In this document: piece by piece, positions 36,401-44,288 of the stretch
Layout of the letters: every line of letters starts with the position of its first letter
Numbering within the stretch: the first letter of the stretch is position 1
Assembly (NCBI GenBank): GCA_934402395.1
Contig: CAKRTQ010000006.1
Coordinates: 16,964 to 80,963, forward strand
Direction of reading: 5' to 3'
DNA from: an uncultured Eubacteriales bacterium
Lineage (GTDB): Bacteria; Bacillota; Clostridia; Oscillospirales; CAG-272
DNA: 64,000 nucleotides
Notes under the pieces: generated by a model
Databases searched by the model: none
The model's input: only the letters and a program-made list of their open reading frames with translations
What the model was told of the DNA's origin: nothing
Position numbers and translations under genes: made by a program

Positions 36401-39088
36401 GAGCTCCCATGTGCGTATGGGGAGAGACACCAATGCCGCTTCACCGACATCGGTCACATCGCCCGTACGAACAATGGAAATCGTAGCGATGTTTTCATCG
36501 TCCTGAATGGAATATGTTGCGCTGAAGCCGTTGGCTACTTCCATATGATCAAGCTCCCAGCGGCTCATATTGTTGAGGTCAATGTCAACAAGCACGGAAC
36601 GGACGTTCTCGATACGGGTCGCCACGATATCGGCGTACCATACGGAGCCCAGCTTGATCTTATCAAGCGTCGGATCATGAGCCACGACCTTTACCGTTTC
36701 CATGCCGGAGCCCGCCTGCACGTTGATCGTGCGTATTACGGATGCGTAGTTGCCCTGATTATCGCACACAGAGAACTTTACATGATGTATACCGTCGGCA
36801 AGCGCCACATCGGATACAGTGAAAACGCCATCTTTGAACGTGAATCTTGTCTCTGCACCGTCTATATATGCCTTTGCAGTGGCGGCATCAAGTCCGGTGA
36901 AGTTGTTTTTTGACATATCGTCAGCAACTCTTACCGCAAAGCTGAGTATGTTTTCGTTCACGGTCTGACCGTTCAGCACGGCAGCGTCTGACATACTGCC
37001 GGTAGCATAAGTCACATCCTCAAATTTCGGTGCTTCGCGGTCGTCAACAGCATCCGAGTAATCAACGGTTATATCGTCAACATACATGACATATCTGCCG
37101 TTGTATGACTTGTGCTGATTATAATAATATCCGTAAGAAGCACCGTCACGGTCGGAGATATAAAACTGTACGATATATCCCGCGCTCAGGTACAGTCCCT
37201 TGTACTTGCTGAGATCGATGGAAAGATAATGCCATCCCGGCTCATGGTACTGGTTGACAAAACCCGTAGTGGAAGAGACACCGTCAGCCTTTGTGTCTGT
37301 TATGCTGTCACTGCTCATTACATATTCGCCCGCATCGTTAAGCACAAGCGGGTACACGACATAGCGTATCCATGTGGAAACATCCTCATCGGATATGTAT
37401 ATCCACATACCGAGCTTTGTGGCATTCTCGAATGTTTTGACATCGCCCTTATATTGAAGTGCGGTCATCATGTATCCCGACTCCCAGGAGTTGCCGTAGT
37501 TTATATCCAGCGCCATAGCTCCGTTGCCGCTGTGCACTTTTCCGGTCGCCGGAGTCACAGGGTAGACCTTGCCCTCCGGAAGCACATAGTTGTATGTACC
37601 ATAGCCGAGATCGAACATGCTTGTATCGCCGTCCTCAAAGTCAAAGACGACCTCGGAGCCCTTTCCGAGTCTTATGATGGCAGTAGCGGCGATCTCGGTA
37701 CCGTTTATCACGGCAGTGATTCTGCTTTCAGCCACGCTGCCGTCGGCAGCCGTAAAATCGAAACCGCTCAATAAGCCGATGCCATTGTTTTCAAGCGTAA
37801 AAGTAATATCGCTTGCGCGGAATTTGACCTCGTTGAGACCGTATGTCGCCGTCATGCTCAGGGCTACCGTTGCGCCGAACGGAACGGTTATTTCCGAGCT
37901 GTTGAATAAAAGTCTTTCGGGTACAACAGCATGGATCGTTGCCGAGCCGACTTCCTTTCCGTTGTAAACGGCAGTCAATGTAACATCTCCCACCGCATCG
38001 GCAGTCAGAAAACCGTTTTCAAATTTGCCGTTTTTGACGCTGTATGTAATGTCGGCGGGAATTTCCGCCGCATTGCCCGTAGTGCTTACTCCGGCAACGT
38101 TTACGGCGACGGGAGTGCCCGCGGTCGCATATTCGGTTTCAACATTGAATGCAACACGGTCAAATGTTTTTGACGCGACCGCAGTTGAAACTACGATAAG
38201 TCCGTTGGAAATGCTGCGTTCGGAACCATCGGACGGTCTGTTGACGATAACAAAGTTATCCTCTCCTTCGGGCTTGCTGCCGTATGTCATCGAACCGCCG
38301 CCGTCAAGGTGGCCTGCCCATTTGCAGCCGAGGTCAAGCATGACCTGCGCCTGCTCCATGAGTGTGAGACCTATCGAGTAAGGGGTCTGGTTGCCGTCTG
38401 CCGAAAGCAGAATGACCTTATTGTCGGCAGTTACGCCTATCGTCTGGCGCGGATATTTGGATGTATCCTTCTGCTCGTTTTCCGAAAGCACTATCTTGCC
38501 GTCGAACACAAGCATTTTGTAAATGCCGATGGCTTCCCTGATATTGCCCTTGTCCGATTCGTAATCGGCTGCATTGCCTATTTTGGCGGTGCCATCGTTC
38601 AGAATGGCAAAATACGCCGATCTCTCGCTGCCGGTAACGTCATTGCCGTTCATAACAAACACGCCCGTGGGCTTGCCTGTTGTCATGTTGTAGTAGGAAG
38701 CGTTGATGCCTACGACCACCGTTCCGTTGTAGTAGGGATCGCCCGCAGCCGACTTTCTGTCGAATGCAGCCACCTGCTCTGTAAGCTTGGACATTCCGTA
38801 AACGGTATTGTCCATATTCTGATATGAGGTGAACAGCTTTACCGTATCGACCGACATATCAACTGTTGCGGCGAACATTTTTACCTGATTGCCGTTCTTG
38901 TCGTAAACGGTATAGATATCCTGTGTCACGCCGCTTGCAAGCGTTGATTTTTTGTCCGCTACAAGTGAAAGCTGTGAGTTCTGGAACTGCGCTTCAGCTG
39001 CCGCGGCAAAAGCCGGAACCATGCCGATAAGCATGACGAAGCACACGATCCCAGCCAAAGCCTTGACCAAAGGGGTGTTGCGTTTCAT
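33473..39088 (-). CDS. giant secreted multidomain surface protein: phosphodiester glycosidase (NAGPA/DUF2233) domain, Ig-like domains, CBM-like and cohesin-like modules, cell-wall-binding repeats, four BspA-type leucine-rich-repeat modules
   Basis: 1871 aa. Signal peptide MKRNTPLVKALAGIVCFVMLIGMVPAFAAAAEA. NAGPA motif ...PRQTIGVTADNKVILLSADGNQTPYSIGLTLMEQAQVMLDLGCKWAGHLDGGGSMTY. Big_2-like segments. GWQDDSYYRDGVKLTGLQLIDGYYYDFGDDG cell-wall-binding repeats. C-terminal LRR modules (GNYAFAYCQNLESIVFEEGS...AYAFGDCFALE). Confidence 0.85.
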   Translation of the reverse strand: MKRNTPLVKALAGIVCFVMLIGMVPAFAAAAEAQFQNSQLSLVADKKSTLASGVTQDIYTVYDKNGNQVKMFAATVDMSVDTVKLFTSYQNMDNTVYGMSKLTEQVAAFDRKSAAGDPYYNGTVVVGINASYYNMTTGKPTGVFVMNGNDVTGSERSAYFAILNDGTAKIGNAADYESDKGNIREAIGIYKMLVFDGKIVLSENEQKDTSKYPRQTIGVTADNKVILLSADGNQTPYSIGLTLMEQAQVMLDLGCKWAGHLDGGGSMTYGSKPEGEDNFVIVNRPSDGSERSISNGLIVVSTAVASKTFDRVAFNVETEYATAGTPVAVNVAGVSTTGNAAEIPADITYSVKNGKFENGFLTADAVGDVTLTAVYNGKEVGSATIHAVVPERLLFNSSEITVPFGATVALSMTATYGLNEVKFRASDITFTLENNGIGLLSGFDFTAADGSVAESRITAVINGTEIAATAIIRLGKGSEVVFDFEDGDTSMFDLGYGTYNYVLPEGKVYPVTPATGKVHSGNGAMALDINYGNSWESGYMMTALQYKGDVKTFENATKLGMWIYISDEDVSTWIRYVVYPLVLNDAGEYVMSSDSITDTKADGVSSTTGFVNQYHEPGWHYLSIDLSKYKGLYLSAGYIVQFYISDRDGASYGYYYNQHKSYNGRYVMYVDDITVDYSDAVDDREAPKFEDVTYATGSMSDAAVLNGQTVNENILSFAVRVADDMSKNNFTGLDAATAKAYIDGAETRFTFKDGVFTVSDVALADGIHHVKFSVCDNQGNYASVIRTINVQAGSGMETVKVVAHDPTLDKIKLGSVWYADIVATRIENVRSVLVDIDLNNMSRWELDHMEVANGFSATYSIQDDENIATISIVRTGDVTDVGEAALVSLPIRTWELKMGYTYESGTQKGKPAYTYAQFKNMKEFWPIDISMDIDRGIVGWTDGTVTTFSGEGPQVDTESYRMAKDMISTAEGKEYYNSWNGGHIHTPAAVADKPATCREAGYTGRTYCEGCSSVVDWGTVVPVAGHDYKLAGGVLKCSVCSDLFNGKWTDGKTYVNGVVVADGWQDDSYYRDGVKLTGLQLIDGYYYDFGDDGVCPNRAKLDGFYFDKSVGAYRYFAAGIMQTGEVCIYPNAYFFDKNGIAVSGTVDMLGYSCLFDEKGAFVSSDDSMVADAGFSGTNIKYVLLTDGTLKIDGEGAMKDYSSKGTYPAWIIKNDMSAITALEVGSGITRIGKFGFFRNGYLKKITFAPGSSLTSIGWGAFGHCWRLEGVTVPASVEVLDEYAFYECGALEYFDVEAGSRLTTIKSWAFVNDHVLASVYIPDSVTVLGAAIFDKANASVKLLVARYSVAQAYAEEYGLAYELREGSVPPLYSGNCTDSVTWALYSDGTLEVRGSGAMANYKSYTEQPWGINRHLIKKVLIGKDITSVGNYAFAYCQNLESIVFEEGSRLVNVGVLGFINAPKLKFAVLPETVTSINAYAFGDCFALENLYVPQGVSFIYHTAFSGSTKVVLDVAAGTYSEQFANANGINHTTRAFEYIPFASGSCGDNAVWKMYENGEIRIEGSGAMTNYSAYTEQPWAAYRHLIKKVTIGKDITFVGNYTFAYCQNLSEIVFEGSKVTGIGILAFINAPKLTSVVLPESVMYIGAYAFGDCFALESLYVPQRVNNIYFSAFNGSTKVVLDVAAGTYSEQFAVAHNIKHTVRAAADLPFLSGECGDSITWELYENGEFRVMGSGAMVNYKAYTEQPWGTFRHMIKKVIIGKDITSVGNYAFAYCQNLESIVFEEGSVLTGIGVLSFINAPKLASVVLPETVTSLGAYAFGDCFALESLYLPAGVNNIYFSAFNGSAKLVLNVAAGSYAEKFATEHGISFTAR
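33476..34990 (-). repeat. three tandem ~0.5 kb in-frame repeats encoding near-identical LRR modules
   Basis: For example, 33734-33812 recurs at 34751-34829 with one mismatch (offset 1017 nt, in frame). A more diverged middle copy lies near 34240-34330. Confidence 0.8.
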
Positions 39089-39148
39089 TGTTGATTCTCC
39101 TTGTTTTTGATTTTATATATCACTGCGTTGGCAATGTATAATCTGATT

Positions 39149-40348
39149 TTATTCGCGGCCGGTGACCTCGCGCATGATATCTTCAAGCCTGTCTGTGAGC
39201 ATATCGCACCTGAATTCGCTCATGTAGCAGTTTCTTGCGTTCGTACGCATAGCCTCAAGTGCCGCCGGGTCGGAGCGCAGGCGCATAACGGCATCAGCCA
39301 CCTCTGCGGGGTCATGCCCGCACGACACGCCGCAGCCGTGCTTTTCCACAATGTCGCGGCTTTCGCCGCCGGCGACAGCCAGCACGGGCGTTCCGCAGGC
39401 AAGATAGGTCTGAAGCTTGGCGGGAATGATGATGTCAAACAGCTTGTTTTTTCTGAATGACAGGTAAGCACAGTCCGCATAATGCACATATCTGTCCGCT
39501 TCCTTTTCGCTTACCCTGCCGATGAATATTACATTTTCATCAAGCCCCGCCTCGGTCACACGTCCACGTATTCGCGCACACGCGCGTCCGTCGCCGACAA
39601 GGAACCACCGCACCTTTTCGCCGCGCAGCCTTGCTGCGGCATCTACGAGCAGATCGAGCCCCTGCGCCTCGCCGATATTTCCGGCGAAAACTATGTTGAA
39701 GAACTCATCGCTGTATTCCAGCGGCTTTTCGCTGCCGTCAAGCTCCGGTTCGGGCGCGAACTGCGGCCAATAGACAAGCTTTTTGCGTTCGACGCCGCGT
39801 GCGGCAATATTTTCGACCGCGCCGCGCGATGTACACAGTATGCGGTCGCTTGCCGCATATATTTTATCGACTATTCTGTTTATCGTACCTATTACGAGCC
39901 TGTTTTTCACGCCGAGGACGACCTCAACGCTCTCCGGCCACAGATCCTGTACATTGAAAAGCACCGGCGCGCCGGTTTTCTTTTTGTATGCCACAGCGGG
40001 CAGACCGACCGTCACAGGCGACACCTCAAAAACGTATACCACATCGTAAACGGTCCGGCAGCGTCTGACCCACCTTTTGCCGCGAACGACAAACGAAAGA
40101 CAGTTGAACAGCAGTCCGAGCGGAGTCCTGCCGCGCGGCAGCGCTTTTACCCTCTCGATATGCACACCGTTCCACTCATGCTCATACGGGACTGCGAAGC
40201 CGTAGCCCGGATATATCCTTCCGCCCGGATACTGCGGATACCCGGTAAGCACGGTGACGTCATGCCCGCGCCGCACAAGCTCGCGGGAAAGCAGGTTGAT
40301 TCTGAATGCTTCGGGATAGAAATATTGCGATATTATCAATATCTTCAT
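39149..40348 (-). CDS. glycosyltransferase family 4, WbuB/Cap5L-like (putative L-FucNAc transferase)
   Basis: MKILIISQYFYPEAFRINLLSRELVRRGHDVTVLTGYPQYPGGRIYPGYG is typical of WbuB-type enzymes that accompany fnlABC. Confidence 0.8.
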   Translation of the reverse strand: MKILIISQYFYPEAFRINLLSRELVRRGHDVTVLTGYPQYPGGRIYPGYGFAVPYEHEWNGVHIERVKALPRGRTPLGLLFNCLSFVVRGKRWVRRCRTVYDVVYVFEVSPVTVGLPAVAYKKKTGAPVLFNVQDLWPESVEVVLGVKNRLVIGTINRIVDKIYAASDRILCTSRGAVENIAARGVERKKLVYWPQFAPEPELDGSEKPLEYSDEFFNIVFAGNIGEAQGLDLLVDAAARLRGEKVRWFLVGDGRACARIRGRVTEAGLDENVIFIGRVSEKEADRYVHYADCAYLSFRKNKLFDIIIPAKLQTYLACGTPVLAVAGGESRDIVEKHGCGVSCGHDPAEVADAVMRLRSDPAALEAMRTNARNCYMSEFRCDMLTDRLEDIMREVTGRE

Positions 40349-40350
40349 TG

Positions 40351-41217
40351 TTATCTTTCCGTTTCGTTGACCGACTCCTCAAGAGAAATGCATTCAAATC
40401 CCGGATATACGCTGAGTGCGCGGTCATAAGTCAGACTCCCGAACGCCTTTCCGACAGCTCCGGTGAAATGCCCGAGAATGCCGAGCAACCATCCAAAACC
40501 GCCGACAAGACGTATCTTTTTCCCGTGCGCTGCCGCTATCATACGAACCATTTCGCCAGTGTCGGTGTATTCCGCATTTTGCGGAAAGAATATGCCCGAC
40601 AGGCGGTCGTCTATCAGCAGCTTCACAAAACGGCAAAGATTGACTATATATATCATGGAACGTTCGTTTTTTACGCGCGGAAAAGCAGGAAGCTTCTGTG
40701 CCAATGCCGAAAGACGCGGGTAGTTGCCACGGCTGCCCCTCCCGTACACCATAGGCGAACGTATCACCGCCACGCGAAAACCGTCGTCTGAAAGCGGCAG
40801 TATTCCCGCTTCGGCTTCCAGCTTGCTTTCGCCGTAGCGGTTGGAGGGCGATGGTACAGTATCGGCAGTTATGACCTTGCGCTTACCAGGCGCTGCGCTG
40901 TCGCCGTAAACAACGATGCTGCTCATGAATATGAACTGTCCAACGCCGTCTGCTTTCGCTTTTTCAGCCGTTTCGACCGCAAGACGTGTGTTTATCGCAT
41001 TGTATATATCGTCTCTGTCACCGCACCGTCCGGAATCGGAATGCGCTATTCCCGCAACATGAAAAACGGCATCGTAGCCGGAAAAGCTCACATCACGCCA
41101 TGCATCGCCCCTCATGTCAACGGTATCGACAGAATATTCCCCGTCCTGCGTTTTTATGAATTTCTCAAATGAGCAGCCGATATAGCTGCCGGCGCCGGTA
41201 ATAAGTATTTTTTTCAT
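40351..41217 (-). CDS. SDR-family NAD-dependent sugar epimerase/reductase (Cap5N-like)
   Basis: GAGSYIG Rossmann motif and YGESK catalytic Y-x3-K. 288 aa. It overlaps the upstream sugar transferase by 4 nt. Confidence 0.8.
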   Translation of the reverse strand: MKKILITGAGSYIGCSFEKFIKTQDGEYSVDTVDMRGDAWRDVSFSGYDAVFHVAGIAHSDSGRCGDRDDIYNAINTRLAVETAEKAKADGVGQFIFMSSIVVYGDSAAPGKRKVITADTVPSPSNRYGESKLEAEAGILPLSDDGFRVAVIRSPMVYGRGSRGNYPRLSALAQKLPAFPRVKNERSMIYIVNLCRFVKLLIDDRLSGIFFPQNAEYTDTGEMVRMIAAAHGKKIRLVGGFGWLLGILGHFTGAVGKAFGSLTYDRALSVYPGFECISLEESVNETER

Positions 41218-41858
41218 TTTTCAACTTTTTGCGACGGTAATTCATCTTTTTCGCCACTGCCGCACTCCACTACGCCTTCATGACGCAGGACCGAGCGCAC
41301 AGTACCGAAAAAGCAACGGCAATCCATAATAAATCCCTTACCGTGGCCCATATTCAGCGCATCGGAATATACACCGTCAAGCTTCGCTTTTTCGGAAATT
41401 TCAAGCTCATCCCTGCCGTTTATCTGCGCCCAGCCGGTAAGCCCCGGCTTTACATCGTTGGCACCGTATCTGTCGCGCTCGGCAACAAGATCAAACTGAT
41501 TCCACAACGCGGGACGCGGACCGACTATGCTCATCTGCCCGACAAAAATATTGAATATCTGCGGCAGCTCGTCTATGCTTGTACGGCGGATAAAACGCTG
41601 CCACCGCGTGAGTTCAATGCGCGTATGCACCAGCTCGTGAGTCGGCATATCGTGCGGCGCTGACATCGGCATGGATCTGAACTTGATTATCCTGAATTCC
41701 TTCTTGTGCAGCCCTACGCGATTCTGAACAAAAAATACAGGTCCCGGCGAATCTGCCTTTATAATAACGGAAACTATCAGCATGGGTACCGCCAGAACGA
41801 CGATAGCAATGCCGCTGAGAAGTATGTCAAGCACCCGCTTGAAAAAAGCTTTATACAT
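41214..41858 (-). CDS. undecaprenyl-phosphate sugar-phosphate transferase (small PglC/Cap5M-type initiating transferase)
   Basis: Track ORF 41214..41909, refined to ATG 41858 (MYKAFFKRVLDILLSGIAIVVLAV). Motifs: PGPVFFVQNRVGLHKKEFRIIKFRSM and PGLTGWAQINGRDE. Confidence 0.88.
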   Translation of the reverse strand: MYKAFFKRVLDILLSGIAIVVLAVPMLIVSVIIKADSPGPVFFVQNRVGLHKKEFRIIKFRSMPMSAPHDMPTHELVHTRIELTRWQRFIRRTSIDELPQIFNIFVGQMSIVGPRPALWNQFDLVAERDRYGANDVKPGLTGWAQINGRDELEISEKAKLDGVYSDALNMGHGKGFIMDCRCFFGTVRSVLRHEGVVECGSGEKDELPSQKVEK

Positions 41859-41937
41859 TAATGTATATCCTGTCCTGAAACGTATGTTTTTCGACTTCTG
41901 AAGAAGCAACTGCTTTTTGAAAATTACAGCCCACTAT

Positions 41938-41966
41938 ATAATATCACCCGATGGGGTTTTTGTCAA
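41938..41966 (-). promoter_or_regulatory. sigma-A type promoter of the capsule operon (TTGACA-17-TGaTATTAT)
   Basis: Read on the minus strand: TTGACA at 41966-41961, a 17-nt spacer, and TATTAT at 41943-41938. It lies about 75 nt upstream of the first capsule gene. Confidence 0.6.
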
Positions 41967-42136
41967 TAGAAATCGAAACCAAAACGTTTTCTAATGTGTT
42001 GTCAATCCCGCGCGTGTTCTTTACACGGACAGAAAAGAGTGCTATAATTAACCGTGTTGACACCAAAGAGCACAGAATGTCGAGAAAAACCGTGGCGCGC
42101 CTGCTATAATATACGCAAACGGAAGGAGAAACGAAA

Positions 42137-43018
42137 ATGAACTGGATCACGGGAATACAGCGAGCCATAGACTATGTTGAGGCTCACATCGAAGAAGATA
42201 TCGACTATACGGCAGCGGCGCGCGAGGCGGCTTCATCGCCTTTTCACTTTCAGCGTATGTTCAGCATGCTGACAGGCTTCACGCTCGGCGATTATATCCG
42301 TATGCGCAGGCTGTCGCTTGCGGCTGACGAGCTGCGGCGCGGCAAGGAAAAGACCGTTGACATTGCGCTTCGCTTCGGCTATGACACGCCCGAAAGCTTT
42401 TCCCGCGCCTTCCAGCGCTTTCACGGCATCACGCCGACCGAGGCTCGGCGCGGAGGAAATGTCCGTTCGTTTTCACGCCTTTCCGTAAAACTTACTTTAT
42501 ACGGAGGCAATTTCATGGATTACAGGATCGAAAAAAGAGACGCTTTTCGCGTTATCTGCAAAAAGAAGCACGTAAACAAGCCGGAGGGCGCATCGGCAGA
42601 AGCGGATATCGCCCCCTTCTGGGCGGAATGCGGTGCTGACGGAACTATCGCAAAGCTTCAGAAATACGCAAAGTACGACAAACTGCACGGCATTCTCGGC
42701 ATCTGTTTTTCGGACGAAATGGATGACTCGAGCTTTCCCTACGGCATCGGCGCGGAGTACAACGGGGTGCCGGTGACCGACGCGGGCTTTGAGATCAGGG
42801 AGATACCCGCGCACACATACGCGGTGTTCCCCTGCCGCGGCAAAATGCCCGAGGCGTTCCGCGACACTTATATGAAAATATGCTCTGAGTTTTTCCCGCA
42901 GAGCAGCACATATGAGTACGGCAGCGGAACAGAGCTTGAGGTATATCCCTCAGCCGACGTTTCGGACCCGAATTACAGCTGCGAGATCTGGATCGCGGTA
43001 AACGAAAAGAAAAACTGA
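42137..43018 (+). CDS. AraC-family transcriptional regulator with GyrI-like effector-binding domain
   Basis: N-terminal HTH_18 (SSPFHFQRMFSMLTGFTLGDYIRMRRLSLAADEL...FGYDTPESFSRAFQRFHGITPTEAR). The C-terminal GyrI-like fold ends EIWIAV. Confidence 0.9.
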   Translation: MNWITGIQRAIDYVEAHIEEDIDYTAAAREAASSPFHFQRMFSMLTGFTLGDYIRMRRLSLAADELRRGKEKTVDIALRFGYDTPESFSRAFQRFHGITPTEARRGGNVRSFSRLSVKLTLYGGNFMDYRIEKRDAFRVICKKKHVNKPEGASAEADIAPFWAECGADGTIAKLQKYAKYDKLHGILGICFSDEMDDSSFPYGIGAEYNGVPVTDAGFEIREIPAHTYAVFPCRGKMPEAFRDTYMKICSEFFPQSSTYEYGSGTELEVYPSADVSDPNYSCEIWIAVNEKKN

Positions 43019-43058
43019 CAGACAGTGCTGCCGCGCAATTGCGCGGCAGCACTGTCTG
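43019..43058. terminator. 18-bp perfect hairpin, bidirectional terminator
   Basis: CAGACAGTGCTGCCGCGC-aatt-GCGCGGCAGCACTGTCTG lies between araC-like (stop 43018) and the convergent operon (stop 43064). On the minus strand it is followed by TCAGTTTTTC. Confidence 0.7.
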
Positions 43059-43063
43059 ATATA

Positions 43064-44267
43064 TCAGCCTCGAAGCACCGTGCCGTTTGCAAGCGTGACG
43101 GTGTGACCGCCGAAGTTAATCGTGCCGTTGTTCGTGAGGCTCGTGACCGTGCAGTCACCGGTGAGGTTCCAGGTGCAGCCCTCGCCGACCGTAACCATGG
43201 CGTTGTCGGCAACCGCCGTGCCTCCGGCGGCGTTTGAAACGATATTCACAGTTCCTGTAAGAACAGAACCGTTTTCAAGCACAAGATCGAGCGTTGATAT
43301 GCTGTCAATGATAATGTCGCCCTCAACGGTCTGCGCATCGGCGGTAAAGGTCACCTCGGCGCCGTTCTTGCCCGCCGTCCCCCAGCCGCGCGAGGCACTG
43401 TTGCCCGCAACACGGAGAAAGGCACCGGTCTTGTCCTTGTTTTCGATCGCAACGCCGGACATACGAATGACCGCATTTGTGTTCGTGACGAATATCATAT
43501 CGCCGTTGCTGCCGGTAAGCGTTCCGCCCGTCATTGTGAGCGATGACGTACCGACATCCGCATCCCCCGACATTGACTGGTAAAGCATGATGTTGTGGAC
43601 GTTTATATTCCCGCTTGAGCTTTTGTCGGCTGACATATTGCCAGATACAGTGCACCCCTCAAGCGTTATCGAATTTTTTCCTTCAATGACCAGAGCCTCA
43701 GAGTTTTCGGCGTTCAGAATTGCATTTTTCACGGTTATCGCGGCTGTGGAATATGCCGCAGGCGAATTATATCCCGCACTCGTGTAACTGCCGCCGCTGA
43801 CCGTTACCGTTCCGCCGCCGCGGTCGGAGCGTATCGCAGCCGATGAATTTCCGGACGTGCTGACCGTAAGATCATACGCATTTGTCGTGCCACCGCCCGT
43901 GGTCTGGATCCCGCCGGAATTATCCGCGCCCGTTGTTATCTTTGTACCGTAAATATTGACAGTCGTCCCTTTGCCGTAGCTGAACACGCCGTTTCCGTTG
44001 CGCGCGTCCGCCGGTTTTTTCGGGCGGCGTCCCGCCCGCACTGTCGTCCGGCATTTCCGGAGGCGTGCCGTCCGCATTTCCGCCCGGCATCTCCGGTATT
44101 GCGTTATCTTCGGTCACCTCACCGAGCGTTAGCGTGACCTTTGTTCCGCTTATTTTTGTTATCTCTCCCCAGACGGTGCCGAGCGCATAATCCGGCACGC
44201 GCTGCCCGCAGGCAGAAAGCGAAAGCATGAGCATTGCCGCACATATAACAGCCAATGTTCTTTTCAT
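43064..44267 (-). pseudogene. frameshifted (or phase-variable) lipoprotein with Cthe_2159-type parallel beta-helix repeats
   Basis: Track ORF 43920..44267 supplies the lipobox N-terminus (MKRTLAVICAAMLMLSLSAC). ORF 43064..44077 supplies the beta-helix body. The frames switch at the A6 run (complement of 44015-44020). Removing one A gives ...GGTPPEKPADARNGNGVFSYGKG... in one frame. Confidence 0.75.
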
Positions 44268-44288
44268 GATAATGTCTCCTTTTGCGAT

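Noticed and set aside
43028-43049. Several terminator hairpins share a GCGC-(N)AAT/ATT(N)-GCGC apex (43019-43058, 51574-601, 57008-38 and 62781-816), which could hint at a second repeat family.
   Set aside because: Only the 4-bp GCGC clamp and the A/T loop are shared, while the stems differ. This is consistent with independent GC-rich terminators rather than a dispersed repeat.
43920-44267. Treating 43920..44267 and 43064..44077 as two separate overlapping genes.
   Set aside because: - The upstream ORF has only a lipoprotein signal plus linker and ends in an Arg-rich out-of-frame tail.
- The downstream ORF's annotated Met lies in an Arg-rich out-of-frame-looking leader.
- The two join seamlessly if one A of the A6 run is removed.
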